Origin: a virus | Lineage: Duplodnaviria; Caudoviricetes | IMG/VR virus record: IMGVR_UViG_3300033513_000025 | Span: 1 to 40,807 of that record | Length of the DNA: 40,807 nt | Reading direction: 5' to 3' (one strand) | Shown here: one piece after another, positions 34,614-40,807 of the stretch | Numbering within the stretch: the stretch's first letter is position 1 | How the letters are laid out: each line of letters opens with the position of its first letter | Notes under the pieces: model-generated | The model's input: only the letters and a program-made list of their open reading frames with translations | Databases searched by the model: none | What the model was told of the DNA's origin: nothing | Program-made: the position numbers and the translations under genes

Positions 34614-35188
34614 GGTTGCTCCTTGAACTCTGTGACCTCGCCCTCGTCGGTGCGCACGAAGAAACGAAAGCCGAGCGTGTCGGTGGCCACCGGGTCGCGC
34701 GTGAGCGCGAGCCTGGCGCGCGCGGCGCGAAAGGCCAGGTTTGGCGTGATGCGCGGGAAGCCGAGGAGGAGGCGGAAGTAGAAGCCGAGGAGGTCCGCCC
34801 CGACCAATTTGATCTTGGCGGCGTAGTTTGTGCCAGGGCCGCCCACGACGCATTTGGCGCCTGCCTCCAGGAGCGCGACGAGCATTGGGCTGGGTAGGAG
34901 GTCGCCGTTGACGCGCTCGCATAGGTGGCAGTTGGCGACGAAGACGATGGTGTTGCTGAGGTCGGCTGTCTTGATTTGGTGGGCGCTGACGGCGGTCACG
35001 TATCCGTCGCCGTACCAGTATGGCTGGGAGGGGAAGCCGTGCAGCTTAAAGTACAGGAAGTCGTAGCCCTGCAGCCAGGCGGGGTTGAACGCCTCCATGA
35101 TGACGGGCGGCGAGGTCAGCGGTTTGACGCCCGCCGCCCGTTTGACACTCGGTTCGAAGGACTGCGCGCAGAGAGCGAAGACCTTCAC
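34610..35188 (-). CDS. Caspase/CHAT-like (clan CD) protease-fold protein (192 aa)
   Basis: FLYFKLHG and IVFVANCH His/Cys dyad motifs, then ALLEAGAKCVVG; GTG start with AAGGAG RBS. Confidence 0.6.
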   Translation of the reverse strand: MKVFALCAQSFEPSVKRAAGVKPLTSPPVIMEAFNPAWLQGYDFLYFKLHGFPSQPYWYGDGYVTAVSAHQIKTADLSNTIVFVANCHLCERVNGDLLPSPMLVALLEAGAKCVVGGPGTNYAAKIKLVGADLLGFYFRLLLGFPRITPNLAFRAARARLALTRDPVATDTLGFRFFVRTDEGEVTEFKEQP

Positions 35189-35196
35189 GTGGCTCC

Positions 35197-36753
35197 TTAG
35201 GAGTTGACGTACAGTGCCAGGCACACCCACTCGGTGCCGTCCCAGATGAGGGTGACGACGTCGAGGGGGCCGAGCGCGATGTTGGCGGCGCATTTGACGT
35301 TGCCGCCGGTGCCGTCTATGTTGATGATGTCGGTGACGTTGGTGTTCTCCATGATCAGGAGTTGGCCGGTTGTGGTGCCTGCCTGGATGGGGGTGGTGGT
35401 GTTGGTCATCGTGACGACGAGGCCGGACAGGAGCTTGACGTAGGTGGCGGTGGGCACGATGATGCCGGCGTCGGTGATCCAGGCGGTGGCGCTGGCCAGA
35501 GTGAGGGTGGTGGTGACGATGGCGGCGTTGGCGAACAGGTTGCCGGCGAAGCCGGCCCCGCCGTCCACCTCAAAGTTGCCCTCTATGTACCCATCCTCTC
35601 CATCCTGCGGGGTCGTGGGTGTTCCGTTGCCTACAGCCAGGTTGCCGGTGAGGACGTTGAGGGTCCCGGTGGACTGGACCGTGACGCCGATGGTACCGTT
35701 GGTACTGTTCACGATCGTCTCGTCGTTTTCGAGGGTCACGGTGCTGTTTAGTTCCGTGGCGCCGGCGACGGTCAGGGTGGTGCTGATGACGGCCGAGTTG
35801 ATGGACGTGGCGGCTGATAGGTCTGCCGTGCCGTCTACCTCGAGGTGGCCCTCTATGTACCCATCCTCTCCATCCTGCGGGGTCGTGGGTGTTCCGTTGC
35901 CTACAGCCAGGTTGCCGGTGAGGACGTTGACGGTGCCCGTTGACTGGACGGTCATAGCGATGGTGCCGTTGGTGCCGTTGCCGATGGTCTCGTCGTTCTG
36001 GAGCGTGATGTCGCCGCCTTGGACATCGAGCGTGCCGGTGGTTTGGAGGTTGCCGTTTGCGCTGACGGTGGTGGCGGTGATGGCGACCGTGCCGTTCGTC
36101 TGGTTGCCGATGGTCTCGTCGTTCTGCAGGGTGATGTCCCCGCCCTGGACGTCGAGGGTGGTGGTGATGACGGCGGCGTTGAGCTTGGCGGTAGATGCGA
36201 CGTCGAGGGTGCTGTCGAGGTCTGCGGAGCCGTCCACCTCGAGCATGCCCTCAGCGTACAGGTCTTCACCGTCCTGGGTGGTGGACGGCGTGCCGTTTCC
36301 TACGGCCAGGTTTCCGGTGAGGACGTTCAGTGTTCCGGTGGACTGGACCGTGACGCCGATGGTACCGTTGGTACTGTTCACGATCGTCTCGTCGTTTTCG
36401 AGGGTCACGGTGCCGTTGAGTTCGCTGGTGCCGTTGACGACGAGGTTGCCGGTGATGGTCTGGTTGCCGGCGTACGTGATGGCGCCGCCGTCGGCGAGGC
36501 GCCAGACGGATGTACCGTTGTCGCGAAACTCGACGATGTCGCCCGTGGAGGTCTGGTCTACCACGAGTTCGTCTGTCTCGGTGCCGGTGACGTCCATCCC
36601 GGAAAAGTGCGTGACGCCGAGGGCGACGATCTGGTCGCCCGGGACCTGCTCGACCTGCCGGCGAGCGCATCCGATGAGGCTGGACGAGACGAGCAGGGCA
36701 ATGACGGTGATCAGGGCGAGTAGCCTAAGTGTGGGCCGGTTGAACTGGTTCAT
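35197..36753 (-). CDS. Repeat-rich beta-solenoid protein with lipoprotein-like signal (518 aa)
   Basis: Lipobox LIG-C at residue 29; repeated TLxNDETI..TNGT and LAVGNGTP..QDGED units. Confidence 0.75.
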   Translation of the reverse strand: MNQFNRPTLRLLALITVIALLVSSSLIGCARRQVEQVPGDQIVALGVTHFSGMDVTGTETDELVVDQTSTGDIVEFRDNGTSVWRLADGGAITYAGNQTITGNLVVNGTSELNGTVTLENDETIVNSTNGTIGVTVQSTGTLNVLTGNLAVGNGTPSTTQDGEDLYAEGMLEVDGSADLDSTLDVASTAKLNAAVITTTLDVQGGDITLQNDETIGNQTNGTVAITATTVSANGNLQTTGTLDVQGGDITLQNDETIGNGTNGTIAMTVQSTGTVNVLTGNLAVGNGTPTTPQDGEDGYIEGHLEVDGTADLSAATSINSAVISTTLTVAGATELNSTVTLENDETIVNSTNGTIGVTVQSTGTLNVLTGNLAVGNGTPTTPQDGEDGYIEGNFEVDGGAGFAGNLFANAAIVTTTLTLASATAWITDAGIIVPTATYVKLLSGLVVTMTNTTTPIQAGTTTGQLLIMENTNVTDIINIDGTGGNVKCAANIALGPLDVVTLIWDGTEWVCLALYVNS

Positions 36754-37015
36754 CTTGCGGAACCTCCTTCTTGGTGCTCTTGCGCCTCGGGGCGGGAGTA
36801 GCCGTGGCGGGTGGCGTGGTGGGTGGCTGAGGGATGGCCAGGGCCGGTTCTGCGCGACGTGGCGCGCTTTTTGGCTTGGGTGGTGACCAGGTGAGTTGCT
36901 GGCCGCCGTACAAGTACAGTGTGATGGTGCCGTCGGGCGCCACCTCCGCGCGCATCACGGGCACGTCAATGCCCAGTTCGCGGATGGCGCGCTCGACGTT
37001 GCCTTCTGTGGTCAT
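36725..37015 (-). CDS. Hypothetical protein (96 aa)
   Basis: ATG at 37015 with AAAGGA RBS. Confidence 0.65.
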   Translation of the reverse strand: MTTEGNVERAIRELGIDVPVMRAEVAPDGTITLYLYGGQQLTWSPPKPKSAPRRAEPALAIPQPPTTPPATATPAPRRKSTKKEVPQDEPVQPAHT

Positions 37016-37106
37016 ATCGTTCCTTTCCTTCCCCCTGGTGGCCCCCGGGGTGGTTCCCCGGGGGTCGTCAGGGGGGGACAGCAGGGGTTTCGCCTCCTGA
37101 GAGGGG

Positions 37107-37469
37107 CTAGCCCTCGGCAAAGGTTAGAACGAGCGTGACGTCGGCGGAGGCGTTGGCCGCTCCGCCGCCGTTGTAGTTGTAGTCCAGTGCGATGGCGATG
37201 ATGGTGTCGTGTGCGATGTGCGGGTACTGGGTTCCCACAAAGTTCGCCTTCGTCTTCTCGACGGGTGCTCCACTGACGCCGATGTCGCACTTGGCGAGGT
37301 AGGCGGTGCCGTCGGAGGAGGTGCCCAGGGAGAGGCCTGCGGCGTAGGCCGTGGAGTTGTCGGCCGAGACGTGCAGCAGTTGGCAGTCTACCGGCATAAT
37401 CCACTTGATGTCCAGGTCGGCGGTGAGTGTGCCGGCCACGTGGAAGGAGACTTGCCAGATTCTGTTCAT
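37107..37469 (-). CDS. Putative capsid decoration protein, paralog 2 (120 aa)
   Basis: MNRIWQVSFHVAGTL...; clearly paralogous to 37471..37824. Confidence 0.7.
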   Translation of the reverse strand: MNRIWQVSFHVAGTLTADLDIKWIMPVDCQLLHVSADNSTAYAAGLSLGTSSDGTAYLAKCDIGVSGAPVEKTKANFVGTQYPHIAHDTIIAIALDYNYNGGGAANASADVTLVLTFAEG

Positions 37470-37470
37470 C

Positions 37471-37824
37471 TCATCCCTCCGTGAACGTGAGCACGATCGT
37501 GACGTTCTGGGCGGCGGTGCCGGCCGAGCCGTCGAAGTCGAGTGCCAGAGCCATAATGGTGTCGTGCGTGATGTGCGGGTACTGGCTGCCGACGAAGTCG
37601 GTTCTCGTCTTCTCCACTGGGGTACCCGAGTCACCGATGGCGCAGGCGGCGAGGTAGGCGGCGGCGGAGATGGAGCTGCCGATGGTCATCGTGGCGTCGG
37701 AGTCGTTCGAGGCGACGGCCGAGACGTGGATCAACTGGACGTCGCACGGGGCGTACCACTTCATCGAGAGGTTGGCGGCGAGTGTTCCCGGTACGTGGAA
37801 GGTTACTTGAAATATGCGGTCCAT
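37471..37824 (-). CDS. Putative capsid decoration protein, paralog 1 (117 aa)
   Basis: Directly downstream of the major capsid gene. Confidence 0.7.
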   Translation of the reverse strand: MDRIFQVTFHVPGTLAANLSMKWYAPCDVQLIHVSAVASNDSDATMTIGSSISAAAYLAACAIGDSGTPVEKTRTDFVGSQYPHITHDTIMALALDFDGSAGTAAQNVTIVLTFTEG

Positions 37825-37869
37825 TGTCTTGCTCCTGGTTCCTGGTCACTGATCGCTGACCACTGGTTG

Positions 37870-40260
37870 CTAGACCTCGTGCTTGTACCACGGGCGCCAG
37901 TCGGTTGGGCCGACGGCGATGACGTAGCGCACCTTGATCGGCAGGGTGTCGTTGGTGAACATCAGGCCGCCCAGCGGGTCGGCGACGGAGAAGATCTCGG
38001 GCGTTTCGCCGTAGCGGTAGCCGAGGCCCAGGCCGGGGTATAGGCGGGGGTCGGCCTGTGCCGCCCAGTCGTTGGCATCGGTGGGGAACGGACTGACAAC
38101 GACGCGGCGGCGGGCCTCCGCCAGGCGCGCGGTGCGCGTCTCGCCTTCGGCGTCAGGGTTGACGTTGTAGTCGCCGCTGCCGCGGTCCTGCTCGGTTGCC
38201 AGGATCTGGATTGCGGTGTCTTCGAGGTCTAGGGGCACCCAGATGTAGTACGGGCGCGTCAGGGCCGCCAGGCGCTCGCCGGAGTTGAGCTCCGCCTGCT
38301 TCATCATGAGCAGCTTGGTGGCGCGCCAGGACGTGAGCGAGAGGGCGGTGGAACCGAGGTTGGCGTGTCCGCCGGTTGAGGTTACGGCGGTCGCGTTGAA
38401 CAGTCGGCCGGTGTCCACGCACGTGTGGCCGCTGGCGGCCGTGGTGAACACGACGTCGCTGATGGCCTTGCCGAGCGTGAGCCAGGCAGCCTGCGCGAGC
38501 GCGCGCGGTGCGGCGGCGACGCGGCTAGTGTCGTCCTTGTCTATGGCCTCCATGGTGATCCCCAGGTAGCCACCCTTTTTGACGAACGCGACGGTCTCGT
38601 AAGCGTCGTCCCAGGTGAGTTCCGTGTAGGCAGCGCCCTCGGCGACGGTGGGCAGCTCGCCCACCCCACCCAGGGTCGTCCAGCGCGGGTTATTGAGGCT
38701 CTGGAAGTTGACGATTGTGACCACGTCGTTCCACCAGCGCGGGTATACCTGGAACTCGCGTACGACCTGCTTGTTCAGTGCGTTGGCGCAGATGCTGGCC
38801 ATGGTGCTCGAGGTGACGTTGGCGAGGTAGACGCGGTCGGGTTGGTAGATGCCGGTCATCTCGAAGTCGCCGGAGAGTAAGTTGTACATCTCGCGGATGC
38901 CGGTCAGCGGGCGGATGCCGTTGGCGGGGCGTTGGCCGGTCAGGAGCGCTTCGAAGGCGAGGGCGATCTGGTCGGTGCCGGTCTGTGCGCCGGTGAGGTG
39001 CGGGGGCTGCCCGTTGCCCTGCACGGTGCGCGCCTGCTCCTGTTGGACGGTGAGTGCGGCCAACTGTTGCACGGCTTCTTGGAGGGTGTCCAGGCGGGCT
39101 TCCAGGGCGGCGGTAGGCTCGGTTTGGGGCGTTTCCGGGGGCTGGGGTGTAGGAATGGCTCCCAGCGCTTGGACGCGGGCGGTCAAGGTCTGCAGGTGGG
39201 CAACCATCGTCTGGAGGAGTTGCAGCTGCCCGTCGGGTCCGGGGGCAGGGGCAGGTGAAACCTGCGCGGGTGTGGGCGCCGGCGGGGTTGGATCAGCGGC
39301 AGGTGCCGGCTGGGGTAGTGGTTTATCGCGTAGCATTGTACCTCCTACGGTATACAGGCGGTGGGGCTCCTGGCCCCAGCCGCTGGCGGATAGTGCGGCG
39401 CGAACGTAGCCGCCCGCGCCGGCGTCATACACGAAGTCCACTGACTCGACGTAGTGGATGGCGTCTGTAACCTGCACGCCCTCCGCCTCGTCGAGGTGGC
39501 AACTCTGGAAGAAAGCCGCGCTGAGCCCGACCTTGGGCACTTCGAGGCCCCTGGCCTGGTCGCTGAGGATCTGGTCGAGCAGTGCGCCGATGAAGGCGCC
39601 GGGTGAGCCGGGGGCTTCGTCGTAGAGGCGTATGCCTCCGGCGGCGGCCTGGAGCTCGTCCGACCATCTGGCGTCGAACGTCACGCCGGCCAGGTGTTTC
39701 ACCTTTGGGTCGTCGCGCCAGCCGAAACCGAACAGGTCCGGGTGATCCACGTAGGACGCGACGGAGTTGAACAGGTGGGCGCTGTCCTGGACGATACGGG
39801 CGGGGAGGAGCCAGGGGGCGGGCTGCTGATCGGCCTGTTTCACTCGTCCGGCGGTCATGAACACACAGTCGTACTCTCTTCGTCCGGACCGGGTGTGGCG
39901 GTCGGTTGGCTGGAGCAGAACGTGGCCGTTCGTGAGGCGGGCCGGGGTGGTGTCGTCCTGATCTATGCCAAGCGTGTTACGGTGTTGCTGCAGGTGGCTC
40001 TTTATGGCGTTGGACGCTTCTTCGCCTGAGCGTGCGCCCTGGGCGGCGGACCAGGCGGCGTTGAGGCCGCCTTTGTGCAGGTACATGGTGCCGGAGGTGT
40101 AGCGGCCTTCCTGGTCGGGATCTGCGCCGTTCTGTACCCAGTGGTGCGGGTAGCGGCGCTCTTCGCGATCGGCGAAGGCGGAGTTGGGTAGGTTGTCTTT
40201 GTCTACTTCCGACCAGTTGGGTTCGGTGTCTGCAGTCTGAGAGTTGTGGGTTAGGCTCAT
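37870..40260 (-). CDS. Fused prohead protease-scaffold-major capsid protein (796 aa)
   Basis: ATG at 40260 with AGGAG RBS; protease motifs YVDH, GLSA, SVDFVYDAGAGG; Pro-rich/coiled linker; Mu-like capsid part LPTVAEGAAY..KKGGYLGITMEAIDKDD..DWRPWYK. Confidence 0.82.
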   Translation of the reverse strand: MSLTHNSQTADTEPNWSEVDKDNLPNSAFADREERRYPHHWVQNGADPDQEGRYTSGTMYLHKGGLNAAWSAAQGARSGEEASNAIKSHLQQHRNTLGIDQDDTTPARLTNGHVLLQPTDRHTRSGRREYDCVFMTAGRVKQADQQPAPWLLPARIVQDSAHLFNSVASYVDHPDLFGFGWRDDPKVKHLAGVTFDARWSDELQAAAGGIRLYDEAPGSPGAFIGALLDQILSDQARGLEVPKVGLSAAFFQSCHLDEAEGVQVTDAIHYVESVDFVYDAGAGGYVRAALSASGWGQEPHRLYTVGGTMLRDKPLPQPAPAADPTPPAPTPAQVSPAPAPGPDGQLQLLQTMVAHLQTLTARVQALGAIPTPQPPETPQTEPTAALEARLDTLQEAVQQLAALTVQQEQARTVQGNGQPPHLTGAQTGTDQIALAFEALLTGQRPANGIRPLTGIREMYNLLSGDFEMTGIYQPDRVYLANVTSSTMASICANALNKQVVREFQVYPRWWNDVVTIVNFQSLNNPRWTTLGGVGELPTVAEGAAYTELTWDDAYETVAFVKKGGYLGITMEAIDKDDTSRVAAAPRALAQAAWLTLGKAISDVVFTTAASGHTCVDTGRLFNATAVTSTGGHANLGSTALSLTSWRATKLLMMKQAELNSGERLAALTRPYYIWVPLDLEDTAIQILATEQDRGSGDYNVNPDAEGETRTARLAEARRRVVVSPFPTDANDWAAQADPRLYPGLGLGYRYGETPEIFSVADPLGGLMFTNDTLPIKVRYVIAVGPTDWRPWYKHEV

Positions 40261-40680
40261 GGTGTTTCTCCTGGGGGGGCGTCGCCGGTGAGGATGTCGT
40301 CGATCTGCTTCATGGTGAGTGTCTCCCCGGCGAATTTGAAGATGAGCTGCACGGCCGTTCTGCTGTCCACCCACCCTTGATCGTAGGCGGTCTGCAGGGC
40401 CTGGACGATGGATAGCGTGGCCTGGGCCAGCTGGAGATTGTCGGCGCGCGCGACCTCGAACGTGGCGGGGGTCAGCTGTAGGTTGCCGTCCTGGGGCATG
40501 GTGGCGTGGCCAAGGGCGGCGGCGCGCTTGTACGCGGTGGCGACCAGGTCGATCAGGCAGTTGCACAGCTCGCTCTGGCGCTGGGTGTAGAAGAGTGCGG
40601 TCGGCTCGCCCATCTCTTTCGCGGTGGCGTAGTTGACTGAGGCGCCCTCGCCGAGGTAGTGTAGGGCGACGTTTGCGCCG
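40257..40680 (-). CDS. Phage portal protein, C-terminal part
   Basis: ANVALHYLGEGASVNYATAKEMGEPT portal-like motif; ATGA overlap with the capsid gene. Confidence 0.8.
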
Positions 40681-40807
40681 GCGGCGACGGCCAGGCGCAG
40701 GGTTTGCCCGTCCTCGCCGGCCTCGCTGGCGCCGATCTCCAGGCCGCGCGTTTCGATCTTCTCGCCCGTGCCGTGGACGTAGATGCCGTTCTCCAGGGGG
40801 TTCGAGG

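Noticed and set aside
24-40590. Numerous + strand ORFs other than the integrase
   Set aside because: They are antisense shadows of GC-rich - strand genes and have no recognisable motifs.

Overview
The window is a complete, circularly assembled genome of about 40,680 bp (bases 1-127 are repeated exactly at 40681-40807). It is a GC-rich temperate tailed phage with nearly all genes on the minus strand. The host is probably Chloroflexota/Anaerolineae-like; this is inference from GAAC-N4-GT[TG]C SOS boxes and protein style. It encodes: portal (split by the origin), TerL/TerS, holin, M23 endolysin, a fused protease-scaffold-capsid protein and podovirus-like tail genes; a tyrosine integrase with a tRNA-Gly(CCC) attP and an excisionase; a DnaA_N-domain replication protein with iterons; ParM/ParR-like partitioning, FtsK and a RecT-like annealing protein; and a DNA-modification set (QueT transporter, DpdA/TGT-like enzyme, MTase fused to a DUF6884-like domain, PAPS-reductase-family enzyme, radical SAM). 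The outstanding feature is a 2.45-kb island (11400-13854) whose + strand has only 8 T, so the coding - strand is almost adenine-free. Most surviving adenines sit in stop codons, a promoter -10 element and a repeated operator-like motif. The island appears to hold a real, translationally coupled operon written almost entirely in C, G and U. Protein family calls come from motif recognition by eye; no searches were run.
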